DNA from: Blochmannia endosymbiont of Camponotus modoc
GTDB lineage: Bacteria > Pseudomonadota > Gammaproteobacteria > Enterobacterales > Enterobacteriaceae
DNA: 32,000 nt
Assembly: GCF_023585785.1 (NCBI RefSeq)
Contig: NZ_CP097765.1
Coordinates: 60,001 to 92,000, forward strand
Reading direction: 5' to 3'
Positions within the stretch are counted from its first letter, which is position 1. Each line of letters opens with the position of its first letter. Positions 1-11,509 of this stretch are shown here, piece after piece. The notes beneath the pieces were generated by a model that searched no databases, was not told the origin of the DNA, and was given only the letters and a program-made list of their open reading frames with translations. Both the position numbers and the translations under genes were made by a program.

Positions 1-218
1 TTGAAAGCACGTTCCATACTTTTTTGTATTATAGGTCCATCTGATATAGGATCAGAAAATGGTATTCCTAATTCTAGTGCATCGGAACCTGAAGACACTA
101 ATATCTCGATGATATGCATAAAAGAAATAGGATCGGGATATCCTACAGCAATAAAAGGGACAAATGCTCCTATTTTTTTTTGCTTTAAATGTGTAAATAA
201 TTTTTTGTAACGATTCAT
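1..218 (-). CDS. trpA: tryptophan synthase alpha subunit, N-terminal part (gene continues past the window edge)
   Basis: Hand translation of the minus strand from ATG at 218-216 gives MNRYKKLFTHLKQKKIGAFVPFIAVGYPDPISFMHIIEILVSSGSDALELGIPFSDPISDGPIIQKSMERAF. This matches the TrpA N-terminus (GAFVPF..GDP...ALELGIPFSDP.ADGP.IQ). It starts 2 nt after the trpB stop. It is absent from the ORF track because it runs off the window. Confidence 0.9.
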   Translation of the reverse strand, partial: MNRYKKLFTHLKQKKIGAFVPFIAVGYPDPISFMHIIEILVSSGSDALELGIPFSDPISDGPIIQKSMERAF

Positions 219-220
219 TG

Positions 221-1411
221 TTATGTATCTCTTTCTTTTTGTAATGCATTATGAACTGTAGAAATGTCTTTATCTCCACGTCCAGACAAATTAACTACTA
301 AAATTTGTGCTTTATTTGGTTGTTTTTGAATTATTTTTAGTGCATGAGCTAAAGCATGAGCAGATTCTAGAGCTGGAATAATTCCTTCATGAATAGATAA
401 TTTCTTAAAAGCTGTTATGGCTTCCATATCATTAACAGATACATACTGTACCCGGCCAGTATTTTTTAGATAAACATGCTCTGGCCCGACAGATGGGAAA
501 TCGAGACCAGCTGAAATAGAATAAGAATTTTTTATTTGTCCTTCCGAAGATTGTAAGATTGAAGTTTTCATACCAAAATAAATTCCTATACTTCCATGTT
601 GTAGAGCAGCACCATGATATTTAGTATCTATACCTAATCCTCCAGCTTCTACACCTAATAACTGCACTGATGGTATGTCAACAAAATCGGAAAATATGCC
701 AATAGCATTAGATCCCCCTCCTACGCAAGCAATAATTGCATCTGGTAAGCATTTCTCATATTTTTGTATTTGTTTGTATGTTTCTTTTCCAATAATACGT
801 TGAAATTCTCTAACGATTGTGGGAAAAGGATGAGGTCCAGCAGCTGTACCAAGCATGTAATGGGTGTATTCATAAGTTTTCGACCATTCACGCATGGCTT
901 CGTTACAAGCATCTTTTAACGTTTCAGATCCATGATGTACTGGAATAACTTGTGTGCCCATTAATTGCATTCTTAAAACGTTGAGTTTTTGACGTTTTAT
1001 ATCTTTAGATCCCATATAAATACGACATTTCAATCCTAAAAGAGATGCTGCAATGGAGACAGCAACTCCATGTTGTCCGGCACCAGTTTCAGCGATTATT
1101 TCTGTTTTAGACATACGTTTTGCTAATAAAGCTTGTCCTAATACTTGGTTGGTTTTATGAGATCCTCCATGTAATAAGTCTTCACGTTTTAAATACAGTT
1201 TAGTGCGAGTTCCTTTTGTTAAATTTCTACATAATGTTAAAGGAGTGGGGCGACCGGCGTAGTGATTTAAAAGATATTTGAGTTCTTTTTGGAAAACAGC
1301 ATCATCTTGCGCCGATATGAATGCTTCTTCTAATTGAGTTAGCGCTGGTATTAGAATTTGCGGTACATACATACCTCCAAATTCTCCAAAATAGGATTTT
1401 AATTTTATCAT
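221..1411 (-). CDS. trpB: tryptophan synthase beta subunit
   Basis: 396-aa ORF. N-terminus [21 protein letters not shown]-lysine motif [13 protein letters not shown] and GGGSNAIG are collinear with E. coli TrpB. It sits in trp operon order. Confidence 0.97.
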   Translation of the reverse strand: MIKLKSYFGEFGGMYVPQILIPALTQLEEAFISAQDDAVFQKELKYLLNHYAGRPTPLTLCRNLTKGTRTKLYLKREDLLHGGSHKTNQVLGQALLAKRMSKTEIIAETGAGQHGVAVSIAASLLGLKCRIYMGSKDIKRQKLNVLRMQLMGTQVIPVHHGSETLKDACNEAMREWSKTYEYTHYMLGTAAGPHPFPTIVREFQRIIGKETYKQIQKYEKCLPDAIIACVGGGSNAIGIFSDFVDIPSVQLLGVEAGGLGIDTKYHGAALQHGSIGIYFGMKTSILQSSEGQIKNSYSISAGLDFPSVGPEHVYLKNTGRVQYVSVNDMEAITAFKKLSIHEGIIPALESAHALAHALKIIQKQPNKAQILVVNLSGRGDKDISTVHNALQKERDT

Positions 1412-1453
1412 ATTGATTACTTTATTTTTTAATTATTTGAAATATATATTCCT

Positions 1454-2824
1454 TTAATAAGATCTGATTATTTGGAAGACTTTGATGAGTTTCTGGTGAT
1501 TTTTAATACCTGGTTTAATTTCAACTCCAGAATTAAAATCTAAACCTAAACAACCTATGCGCGCCGCTTTATTACAATTGTTTATTGTCAATCCTCCGGC
1601 TAAAATTACTTTATCTAATTGCATACTAGAAAGCAGCGACCAATCAAAGTTTTTTCCGCTACCCCCTCCATTATCTGCTAAATAGCGGTCCACGTTTAGT
1701 ATATTACATTTCGACAATGGTCTGTGATTCATATTAATACTTTTCCATATATGACATGTCATGGGTAATCGTGTCCGCAAAATATTAATATAATCTTGAT
1801 TTTCTGTGCCATGGAGCTGAACTGCTGCTAGTCCTAATATGTTAACTATGGTAACAATATAAGAAATTGTAGCATTACAAAACACACCAACATAACTTAA
1901 ATATTTTACACAAGAAACAATACGTTGTGCAATTGTGATATTTATGTAGCGAGGTGAAGTGGGAACAAAAATTAGTCCTCCATATATTGCACCCGATTTG
2001 TATGCAATATCAGCGTCTCTCACTCGAGTTAATCCACATATTTTATTTTCTCCTAAAATTAATTTTTTAATGGCTGCATTAAGATTTGGTTGAGACATTA
2101 ATATTGTACCTATTAAAAATCCATTGACATATCGTCTAAGTTTTCTTATATGGCAATAATTGCTAATACCAGACTCGCTGATTACAGTGATTGTGTTAGG
2201 TATATCTTTACTTAGAGTAATAGTTCGATTTAAATCAACGGATAAATCATTCAGATTACGATTATTTATACCGATGACTTTAGCTCCTAAATATTTAGCG
2301 CGTTTTAATTCATCTTCGTTTGCGATTTCTGTTAGTACCCCCATACATAATGTATGAGCTATTTTGACCAATTTTTGATAGGTTACATCATCTAAAATTG
2401 ATAGCATTAGTAAAATAGCATCAGCTTTATGTAAGCGCGCAAAATAAATTTGCCATTCTGAAATAAAGAAATCTTTACATAATATTGGTTGTTCTACGAT
2501 GTTGCTCACTTGGTGTAAAATATCAAAATCTCCATGAAAGTATTTATTATCAGTTAATACTGAAATTACTGAAGAGTAATTTTTATAAGTTTGTGCTATT
2601 TTGATAGGATTAAAATCATTACGAATAATACCTTTAGAAGGAGACGCCTTCTTACATTCTAATATAAATATTGTTTGAGGTTGATTGTGAGACACAGCTC
2701 TGTAAAAATCACGATTGCTTGCTTGTGTTTTTCTTTTTAAAACATGTAATGAATGTTGTTTTTTTTGATCAGCTATCCATATTTTTTTATATGATAAAAT
2801 TTTATCGAGTATTGTGTGTTGCAT
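1454..2824 (-). CDS. trpC: bifunctional indole-3-glycerol-phosphate synthase / phosphoribosylanthranilate isomerase
   Basis: 456-aa ORF collinear with E. coli TrpC(F): ILECKKASPSKG, VLTDNKYFHG, then the PRAI half KICGLT...LAAVQLHG...LDFNSGVE. The start overlaps the trpD 3' end by 23 nt. Confidence 0.95.
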   Translation of the reverse strand: MQHTILDKILSYKKIWIADQKKQHSLHVLKRKTQASNRDFYRAVSHNQPQTIFILECKKASPSKGIIRNDFNPIKIAQTYKNYSSVISVLTDNKYFHGDFDILHQVSNIVEQPILCKDFFISEWQIYFARLHKADAILLMLSILDDVTYQKLVKIAHTLCMGVLTEIANEDELKRAKYLGAKVIGINNRNLNDLSVDLNRTITLSKDIPNTITVISESGISNYCHIRKLRRYVNGFLIGTILMSQPNLNAAIKKLILGENKICGLTRVRDADIAYKSGAIYGGLIFVPTSPRYINITIAQRIVSCVKYLSYVGVFCNATISYIVTIVNILGLAAVQLHGTENQDYINILRTRLPMTCHIWKSINMNHRPLSKCNILNVDRYLADNGGGSGKNFDWSLLSSMQLDKVILAGGLTINNCNKAARIGCLGLDFNSGVEIKPGIKNHQKLIKVFQIIRSY

Positions 2825-3827
2825 GATTTTGTATCTTAGTTTCTGATAAAGAACTCAAACGAGTGTAAGGTGTGCCATGATGCATTTTTTCTAAAGCTAG
2901 TTGTACATTAGCGCGTAGATTGTTATGCCCAAATAATTTCAATAATAATGCTACATTGGCTGCTATTACAGCTGAATGCGCAGGTTTTCCTCTTCCTTTT
3001 AATATATCGATCATGTATTCATGGGCTTGTTTTTTCGAATAACAACGTAATATTTCTATTGGATAAGAGTCTAATCCAAAATCTGATGCCGTCAAAATAT
3101 AATTATTTATGATGCTATTGTGTAGCTCCGCTACATGAGTAGGGGAGTGTAATCCCACTTCATCAATTCCCCCGCAATGTACTACTATAGCGTGATTATA
3201 TTTAAGTAATTGTAATATTCGGATTATAGGCGATAATAATTCTTTTTTGTATACACCAATAAGCGTTAATGGAGGTTTGGATGGATTAATCAATGGACCT
3301 ACTATATTAAATAATGTAGGAGTTTTTAATTGCTTACGTATGGGCATTATGCGATGTAGCACTGTATAGTATTGTGGGGCATATAAAAAGCATATACCTA
3401 ATTCATCAAAGTTTTTACGTGCTTGTTGCGGATTGCTGATCATCAAACAATGTTGTTCTAGTAAGTCCATTGATCCCGTTAGATTAGATATACTACGGTT
3501 GCCATGTTTAATAATTTTTGCGCCGCAAGTTGAGGCTACAATAGCGCTGGTTGTGGAAATATTGATAGTATTACTATTGTCTCCTCCGGTGCCTGTAATG
3601 TCTGCAAACAAGCTATTTGGACGAGGAAAAGGTTTAGCATGAGTTAATAATATATTCACAGCACCTACAATTTCTTCAAAGGTTTCTCCACGTATTTTCA
3701 TACTAATAAGTGCCGATGCAATTTGAATTGCAGACAATCTTTCTTTTATTATGGAACGTAATAATGCTTCACTTTGTTTTCGGTTAATATTTTCCCCGCG
3801 ATATAAAGTGTCTAAGATGTCTTGCAT
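2802..3827 (-). CDS. trpD: anthranilate phosphoribosyltransferase
   Basis: The ORF is open from 3932, but alignment to the TrpD part of E. coli TrpGD (LQPILEKLY.. versus MQDILDTLY..) places the start at ATG 3827, with AAGGA 9 nt upstream. It has the [14 protein letters not shown] motif and KHGNRS. Confidence 0.88.
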   Translation of the reverse strand: MQDILDTLYRGENINRKQSEALLRSIIKERLSAIQIASALISMKIRGETFEEIVGAVNILLTHAKPFPRPNSLFADITGTGGDNSNTINISTTSAIVASTCGAKIIKHGNRSISNLTGSMDLLEQHCLMISNPQQARKNFDELGICFLYAPQYYTVLHRIMPIRKQLKTPTLFNIVGPLINPSKPPLTLIGVYKKELLSPIIRILQLLKYNHAIVVHCGGIDEVGLHSPTHVAELHNSIINNYILTASDFGLDSYPIEILRCYSKKQAHEYMIDILKGRGKPAHSAVIAANVALLLKLFGHNNLRANVQLALEKMHHGTPYTRLSSLSETKIQNHATHNTR

Positions 3828-4426
3828 GTTATTTTTTCCTTGTATAAGCATTCTGCCCATGCGATAGTTTGCTGAATAAGTTGTGTTCCATGAGTAGTTA
3901 AGATAGATTCGGGATGGAATTGAAACCCGCAAATCCGATCAGAGTCATTACGTACTGCCATTGCCGTGTGTTTATTGTAATAAGCATTAATTTTTAAATT
4001 ATTTGGTATATAACTACCTATTAATGAATGGTATCGTCCTACTAAAAAAGGGTTTGGTATATTAGAAAACATAGCCGAATTGTCGTGATGTATCAAAGAA
4101 GATTTTCCATGAAAAATTTCTTTTGATCGCGATATGTGCCCTCCATAAAATTCTACAATGGCTTGATATCCCAGACAAATCCCAATGATTGGGATTTGTC
4201 TGCGTAGTTGTGCTATCAATTTTGTCATGCATCCAGCTTTACTGGGGGACCCAGGCCCAGGCGATAACATTAAAATTGGGTTTATCATATTCGATAGTGT
4301 ATCAATAATGATTGATGCAGGCAATTGATTAGTGTATATTAGTACTTGATGGCCGTGATTGCGTAACTGATCTACTAAATTATACGTAAATGAATCAATG
4401 TTATCTAGTAATATTACGTTAACCAT
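3812..4426 (-). CDS. trpG: anthranilate synthase component II (glutamine amidotransferase), separate from trpD
   Basis: 204-aa ORF with class-I amidotransferase motifs GICLGYQAI (catalytic Cys) and FQFHPES. Its stop lies 16 nt inside trpD, in another frame. Confidence 0.93.
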   Translation of the reverse strand: MVNVILLDNIDSFTYNLVDQLRNHGHQVLIYTNQLPASIIIDTLSNMINPILMLSPGPGSPSKAGCMTKLIAQLRRQIPIIGICLGYQAIVEFYGGHISRSKEIFHGKSSLIHHDNSAMFSNIPNPFLVGRYHSLIGSYIPNNLKINAYYNKHTAMAVRNDSDRICGFQFHPESILTTHGTQLIQQTIAWAECLYKEKITCKTS

Positions 4427-4428
4427 TG

Positions 4429-5991
4429 TTAAAATAACTCCTTAGAACCATGTGCTGCAGAGATGGCATGTAAAACAGCACGTGCTTTGCTACGGCTTTC
4501 ATCGGCTTCTGATTGAGGTATGGAGTCTATTACTACACCTGCTCCTGCTTGTACTGTAGCTATTTGATTTGTGACGTAGGCTGATCGAATGATGATACAT
4601 GTGTCTAAATTCCCAGCACCAGTTAAGTATCCGATAGCGCCTCCGTAAGTGTTACGACGTGTACCTTCTACTTCATAAATAAGTTCCATAGCTCTAATTT
4701 TTGGAGCTCCAGTTAATGTGCCCATATTCATACATGCACGATAGGCATGTAGTACATCAAGATCATGACGCAATTCTCCTACTACTCTAGACACTAAATG
4801 CATAACAAAAGAGTATCTATCTACTTTTAATAAATCAGCGACATAACGGCTACCCGCTTTACAGACACGTGCTAAATCATTTCTTGCTAAATCTACTAAC
4901 ATGAGATGTTCTGATAATTCTTTATGATTTAAGCGCATTTCTAATTCTATACGGTTATCTGAATCTGTATCCAATGATCCGTCAGTATGATAAGTTCTAG
5001 TTCGCGTACCAGCGATGGGGTAAATTTCAATTTTTCGATTAGCTGCATTGTATTTTAAAGAACTTTCAGGAGAAGCTCCGAAAAGTGTAAATGCTATGTC
5101 TTGCATAAAAAACATGTAGGGACTAGGATTGTTAGTTTTTAATACATGGTATGCCGCTAATGGTGAAGGACATGGAAGGAAAAATCGTCGTGAAGGGACA
5201 GCTTGTAATATTTCTCCTTGACGTATAGATCTTTGTATTTTACGTATAACTCGTTTGTATTTTTCGTCATTTGGATCACAGCGTAGTGTCATATTGCGTA
5301 TTTTTTTATAAGGAATAGATTGTGGTGTTTGATTAATTTGGGTTTTTAATTGATTCATCCTAGTTTGTAGTCGATCTTTTTCTAAGATATTTGGACTAAA
5401 CAAGGTAATTTGTAACGAAGCAGTATATTTTTGATGATCAAACACTAATAATGTTTCGGCTAAATAGAAACAGTAGTCTGGGCATTTATAAGTATTGATT
5501 AATTGAGGAAAATATTCAAAACAAGATATTAAATCGTAAGAAAATAAACCTCCCAAAAATGTAGCTTTGGGGGTATCTTGAAGAGGTTGTATTATTTTTA
5601 ACAATGAGCGTAGACAGTCAAATATTGAAATCGATCGTAGGCGTGTATCTTCGTCAGTCATTGTCTGTGTTGTAGGAAACATAAATTTGATGCTGTCAGA
5701 ATTTTTATGAATTTGTACTTTTGTGGGTAATGTTTGCACTAGTAATGGGAGTAAACTCGCGCCATTTTTAGTTAAAGCTTGTACAGTAACGGTTGATCCA
5801 TAAGCGGTAATACGCAATGCACTATCAATAATCATCATACTTTCTATGTTGTGTTTTTTATTAATTTCTGCTGATTCTAATAATAATGTCGAATTACGTT
5901 TATTACATAATTGATTAAAAACGGCTGCTGGATTAGAATGATAGCGCACTTGAATATTTAGACATTTCATCCGATTTTTTTGACATCTCAT
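4429..5991 (-). CDS. trpE: anthranilate synthase component I
   Basis: 520 aa, the same length as E. coli TrpE and collinear from residue 1: [53 protein letters not shown]. Confidence 0.95.
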   Translation of the reverse strand: MRCQKNRMKCLNIQVRYHSNPAAVFNQLCNKRNSTLLLESAEINKKHNIESMMIIDSALRITAYGSTVTVQALTKNGASLLPLLVQTLPTKVQIHKNSDSIKFMFPTTQTMTDEDTRLRSISIFDCLRSLLKIIQPLQDTPKATFLGGLFSYDLISCFEYFPQLINTYKCPDYCFYLAETLLVFDHQKYTASLQITLFSPNILEKDRLQTRMNQLKTQINQTPQSIPYKKIRNMTLRCDPNDEKYKRVIRKIQRSIRQGEILQAVPSRRFFLPCPSPLAAYHVLKTNNPSPYMFFMQDIAFTLFGASPESSLKYNAANRKIEIYPIAGTRTRTYHTDGSLDTDSDNRIELEMRLNHKELSEHLMLVDLARNDLARVCKAGSRYVADLLKVDRYSFVMHLVSRVVGELRHDLDVLHAYRACMNMGTLTGAPKIRAMELIYEVEGTRRNTYGGAIGYLTGAGNLDTCIIIRSAYVTNQIATVQAGAGVVIDSIPQSEADESRSKARAVLHAISAAHGSKELF

Positions 5992-8900
5992 TATTTTTTA
6001 AATTTCCTAGTGATTTATTTATCAAAAACCTCATTTATATTTAAGGATCTAATTACAATATTTTCAAGCATAGTAACATTCTCAATAATTGCTTAATTAC
6101 TAGAAACGGTTTCAATGAGAGAATACTCATTTTTATTGCGATGTGATTATATTTATTTTATAGATGTACGAATGTTAATGGTATTAGTAATACTATTTTT
6201 TTTTTAAAATGTCAAATAGCAGTGATTGAAGGATAGTAAAAAACATTTTTTAATTGAATACACTAATTTATATAATTTTAATAGATAGCGTATTAGTGAA
6301 TAATCTGTCTATTATTGCTATAAATACTAAATGTATGGTTTTTTTATTTAAAGTATAATTATTGTGATAAATATAGAATTATACTAAATTATAATTAATA
6401 TATATATATTTTATTAGTTTTTATAGGTCTTGGTGATTTTATTTGGAAAGGTGTTATTGTATAACCAACTATAATAGAATTTAATAAGTGCACTTAAATA
6501 ATACTATTGAAAATATATGTTTATGCGCACGTGAAATATATTATGAATATATTTTTGTAGATATATGATTTTTTGTATCATGTTGCAACATGAAAACGAT
6601 TTGGTCGTTACATTTGGTTTGCTTTTTTAATTTAATGGTAATTTTCAGATAACATTAAGATAATATATTTATATAATTTTATGTTATTTAATGGTGTAAA
6701 ATAATTAATAAAAAATATTTATATAAATGTTTTGATTAATAGCTATGAAGGCTTATTTCATGGAGTGTATATGAATTTTTTATTATTTGAATTACGATGT
6801 AAAGATTAATATTGTGTTTAATAACATAAATAGTCATCTATTTATGTTATTAATATATGTACATTAGATATACATATGAAAACAGCTTATTGAGAAACCT
6901 TGTTTAGAATAAAGAAGATGAAACAGTTATTTTCATTATGTTTTTATTTATGTTAATGTAATTAATTAATTTAATAATTAGTAAGCTACTTTTTATTAAA
7001 AATAAAAATTGTTATAGTAATTGGAAAATGATTATTTTAAATATATCAAGATATATGCAAGATATAGTTTATTTATATTGATGGTATGAATTCATCTTTA
7101 ATTAAGTTTATAAAACAGTGATTAATGAAACTGACGAGGATTTTTATTTAAATTATTAAAAAATATTCTTATAAAGACTATTATCGTTTTTTGATTACAT
7201 CTTATTTAATTCATTATAGCTTCTTAAGTATAAGAATGCATGTAAGTATGTTGGTTTAAATATATTTAGTCATGATGGCATGATACATATATTTAATATT
7301 GCATAGAAATAAATTATTCTAATTTTTAGTATTTACAGAAATTTTAATTGACAAGATTCTAATGAATTAGAATATCAAATGATGATTTGTGCGCATTAAA
7401 ATGATATGAATAAAAACTAGATATAACAGTAAAAAATAATTAAGTTTAATGATTTTTATTTATAGATAAAATGTCATTAAAGTAGTATAAATGTTAGTAT
7501 GTAAATGATAGTATTATTTGTTGATGGTATGATACTTTTATATGAATTTTGTTTGCAATAGGAATTGCAACATTGAATAAGATATGCATATCTTTCTACA
7601 GATATATGAATTTATGTGTACTACTACTGTAGTGATTGGATCTATTTTTATTAACTGAATTCAATATGTAATATTCATTACAATAATTATTATTGCATGG
7701 TCAATGTGATATATAAAGCTGAATATATTATTTTTATTAGGAGTTTTAAAATAAGTTGGTGATAGATGATACTCAAAATAATATTACATAATACATTTTA
7801 AATTAGGTGTAGAATTGTTATGATTATATATTATGAAATATTTTAACTCATATTTTTATGTGTTTTATTATTAATTATGAAATAAAAAATGATAGTAAAT
7901 ATGTTATATTATCAATAATTGTTTGCTAATGAATTTATGTTGATAGAGTTATTTTTTAAATTGTGGTTTTATATATTTTAAAACAGAAAATATTAATAGT
8001 AAACAAATTATTTGGAATTTCAGAGTTATATATAGCATCAATTTTATTGTATATATGCTATATACAACGGAGATGTGCAGTGGTTTTAATTGAGGTTAGT
8101 TAATAACTAAATATTAGTTGTGTTCTGTAGAGAAAAATTGGAAAAAATTTAAGTAATAGTAATATCATTAAAGATATTTATGTGTGGAGTACACTAGAAT
8201 TGATTGCTTATTATAATAATAATGTAAAGTTGCTTTTGTTTGTAGATGATCAATTATTTGGATCAAGAATTATTTTTTTGAATATATTTTTGTTGGGTTT
8301 TGAAATTAAAATAAATGTTTGAATATGGATGGATATGCGAGTATGTAATTTATTTTAGATAATAGGGGAGTTGTAATTAAAATATATATATAGATTGCGC
8401 ATATGATACAAATAGGTTCTTAATAAAAAGATGACATGTTTTATATATATAGGAGTATATGATTTTTGAGTTTAGTATAGTTGAATTTGAATGAATTAAT
8501 ATGTTATTTGAGGGGTTGTATTAATATAATAAATAGAATTTTAATTGTGTTGTATGTATTATTTAACGAATTTGAAAGATAATAGTTTTTGTTTGAATAA
8601 AAGAAAGATATTACGTTTGTAGATATTTTTCGTACTTTTAAAGTGTGTGTAATTTATGATAAATTAGTGTATATTAAAATTAATTGAATTTAAATATTGT
8701 TTACTAATAGATTATTATTTCTTTTAGTTATTTTTATTCAGAATAGACTTATAATTAAAGTCGTTGTTATTTTTCTATAAAAGAATAAATAAAAATGATT
8801 TTTTAAAAAATACAATTTATGAAAAAAATTTTTGATAGATTTTATGTAAATTAAATAGATTTGATCTTGTATATATAATTTAAATTAAATACTGATATTT

Positions 8901-9089
8901 AAAATTATAATTTTCTTGATTGAAGAAAAGAGGATTAATTGTGATTATTATGTATTTTTAAGAAAATAAGATTTACTCAAGTAGATAGAGTGCGCGTATT
9001 ATTCATTTTTGCATATAGAAGTAACTAATAAATTGTGTTATATAACAAAACATTTTTGATGTTTTCGTTATTATTTTCATAATTTTTAT

Positions 9090-9689
9090 TTATTTATGAT
9101 AGCTATAAAATAAATGTCCCAATTTAGATGCTTTGGTGTCTAAATATCTAGAGTTTTCTGGGTTTCTTCCTACTATTAACGGAACTCTTTCTGTAATATT
9201 AATACATGATTTATTTAAGATTTCTACTTTTTTTGGGTTGTTGGTTAAAATACGTATTTTTTTTACGCGCAGTAATTTTAAAATATCTGCGCAAATAGTA
9301 AAGTCTCTTTCGTCGGGAGCAAAACCTAAACATTGGTTTGCCTCTACTGTATCAGCTCCACTATCTTGTAATGCATAAGCACGAATTTTATTCAATAATC
9401 CGATATTGCGTCCTTCTTGCCGATGATAAATTAAAATACCGCGTTTTTCTTCTGTAATACAATGTAATGCGGTTTTTAGTTGAAATCCACAATCACAACG
9501 TGAACTAAATAAAGCATCGCCTGTTAAACATTCAGAATGTATTCGTGTTAATACTGGATCTGATCCAGTGATATTTCCATATATTAATGCAACGTGATTA
9601 TGCCCAGTGAAATTTTCTTCAAATCCTACTATTAAAAAATTTCCCCAAAGTGTTGGTAATCTTGCTTCTGTCACCCGCCTAAGTCGCAT
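9090..9689 (-). CDS. ribA: GTP cyclohydrolase II
   Basis: 199-aa ORF, near-collinear with E. coli RibA: [57 protein letters not shown] lies upstream of the ATG. Confidence 0.95.
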   Translation of the reverse strand: MRLRRVTEARLPTLWGNFLIVGFEENFTGHNHVALIYGNITGSDPVLTRIHSECLTGDALFSSRCDCGFQLKTALHCITEEKRGILIYHRQEGRNIGLLNKIRAYALQDSGADTVEANQCLGFAPDERDFTICADILKLLRVKKIRILTNNPKKVEILNKSCINITERVPLIVGRNPENSRYLDTKASKLGHLFYSYHK

Positions 9690-11509
9690 GTTATCGCCTC
9701 TCTAAAGATGTCATCAAGAATATTTATTTTTATTAAAGCATTGATAGTTTCTCAATAATAGTATTGAAGTATAAAAATATGTTATATATACAAATATCTG
9801 TATTACGTTTGTTATCGTGTAATAATTTTATTAATTAATAATTTGATATTTAATATCATTGTTATACGTATAATTGTTTAAGTTTTGTTATAATAAATAT
9901 TATTATGTATTACTATACATTACATATAACATTTATTAATGTTGTTCTTTTTAGTGAGTTTTATTAAAAACTATATGACAAGATGATATTAAATCAGACA
10001 ATTACAACTTGTATCTACAATTTTAAATATCGATATCTTTTTGAATTTTGCAGTTATAATAGTATAATGTATTTGATAATATTTATGAATATCTATTGCA
10101 GATTATTGATTTAAGTAAAATTGTTTATGACATATAGGAATTATACACATAATTGGTATTTATTTTTATATATGTTTATAATTACAGAGAAAAATAAATA
10201 CTTTAATATTTAATTGTGCTTATTATAAAAAAGAATAAATGATATGTGGACAGAGAAATATCATACATTTGTAATGTTTTCGATATAAAATTAGTATAAT
10301 AGTTAATGAAATCAGTTAATATCCGTATGCAGATATCTTATTAGATATTTATTGTTAAAAGATGATGGTATTGTAAGTTTGAGCTATATATTGCTATATA
10401 TAAATAGAATGATTTTAGTAAAATTTTTATTTTGTGTGTTATGAACGTAACAGGCTTAGGGAACTAGTATAATTCTAATTTTATAAGATTTTATTTTCTA
10501 TTTTTTTATTTTTTTTTACATTAACATTTAAACTATAAAAATATAGAAGTATAAATGAATAGAATAATAAATTCTGTTTTTAGGTAAAAATAGAAAATAA
10601 TTGATATGTGATATTAACTCATGTTAAATAATAGAAACGAATAATAGCAATATCAAAATATGATTGATTTTTTTTAGATAATTTATTTTAAATTCTATAT
10701 AAAAATGAAAAAGGATCCGTGCATGATCCATTTGATATATATACAGATTCAAATTGAGTGTTAAGATAACAAGGATTAGAAATATTATTCACAATTAATA
10801 AAAATTACATAATTGTAAATGTAACGATTATTTTATAGATATATCTATATTTTATAATTTAGAGTGTGCAAAGGGATTATACAGATCTGGATTTATCTCA
10901 AAATTAATATTTTTTGAGATATACCAATAATTAAGTCAAATTTAATTTGAGACTTTACAATAATATAATTAATAAAAATTTTGGTTAAATATGTTGACAG
11001 ATAAAAACAGAATATTTTAAAAATTTTTAAAATGAATGATAAGTAATAATGATTTGATAAATTGTTTATAAATATAAGTTTTTAATAAACTTGTTGATAA
11101 TTGTGGTGGTTGAATAGGGGTAATGGAGTATATTTTTAACTAAAATATACTAGAAAATTTTTAATGTTTTAATAATCATTAATTAATTATCGAAAAATAG
11201 AGTTGGGTCATGATACGAGAATAGTGTATTATGGTTTAAATTTATATTGATGCTTGCGATATGGCGATCGTAGATTTCAATGGTAATGAAATATATAGTT
11301 TGTAGATATGATTATTATGACAGTACTAATATTTTATGAATTTTTTAATAGTAACTTATATAATTAAGATTGAAAATGATGTTGCTATAATAATAGACAA
11401 GTGTATAAAAATGCAATAATATTTGTTATAATTAATTTTGAATGATTGATGTATTAATTATATTTTTAAATATTAGTTATAATAAACGTTATATTTTGGA
11501 GATACAAAC

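Noticed and set aside
1-279. Track ORFs 1..210 (+) and 52..279 (-) at the window start
   Set aside because: Both overlap the real trpA reading frame (minus strand from 218). They have no recognisable similarity. 52..279 is an off-frame read across the trpB/trpA junction.
2802-3932. N-terminal extensions of track ORFs: trpD from 3932, fabA from 17148, pgsA from GTG 20072 and rluC from TTG 27113
   Set aside because: Alignment with the E. coli orthologues places the starts at internal ATGs (3827, 17106, 20078, 27128). The extensions have no homologous counterpart.
6578-6593. 16-nt perfect palindrome TCATGTTGCAACATGA, and several 9-13 bp hairpins (for example 8025-8068, 10894-10921, 19743-19772 and 26655-26678)
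   Set aside because: At this base composition I estimate several such structures per 32 kb by chance. None has a U-tract or a position that implies function. Only the 48-nt and 30-nt palindromes clearly exceed expectation.
7385-7420. dif-like (XerC/XerD) site around GTGCGCAT, and the other TGCGCA sites at about 6525, 8396 and 8991
   Set aside because: The best case (about 7388) matches the XerC arm 9 of 11 but the conserved XerD arm TTATGTTAAAT at most 6 of 11 at any spacing. The others are worse on both strands. There is also no GC-skew switch in the window, as a terminus would require.
8451-8494. Micro-ORFs with SD-like sequences in the desert, for example AGGAG at 8451 followed by an 11-codon ORF from ATG 8459, and GGGG-TA-ATG at about 11118 with 6 codons
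   Set aside because: The SD-start spacing is wrong or the ORFs are only 6-11 codons long. Nothing distinguishes them from chance.
5992-11509. Promoter calls (-35/-10 hexamers) in the spacers and upstream of the tRNA genes
   Set aside because: TATAAT-like and TTGACA-like hexamers occur every few tens of nucleotides in roughly 80% AT DNA. For example, TTGATA at 21005 has a 22-nt gap to the nearest TATATT. Sequence alone cannot discriminate real promoters here.
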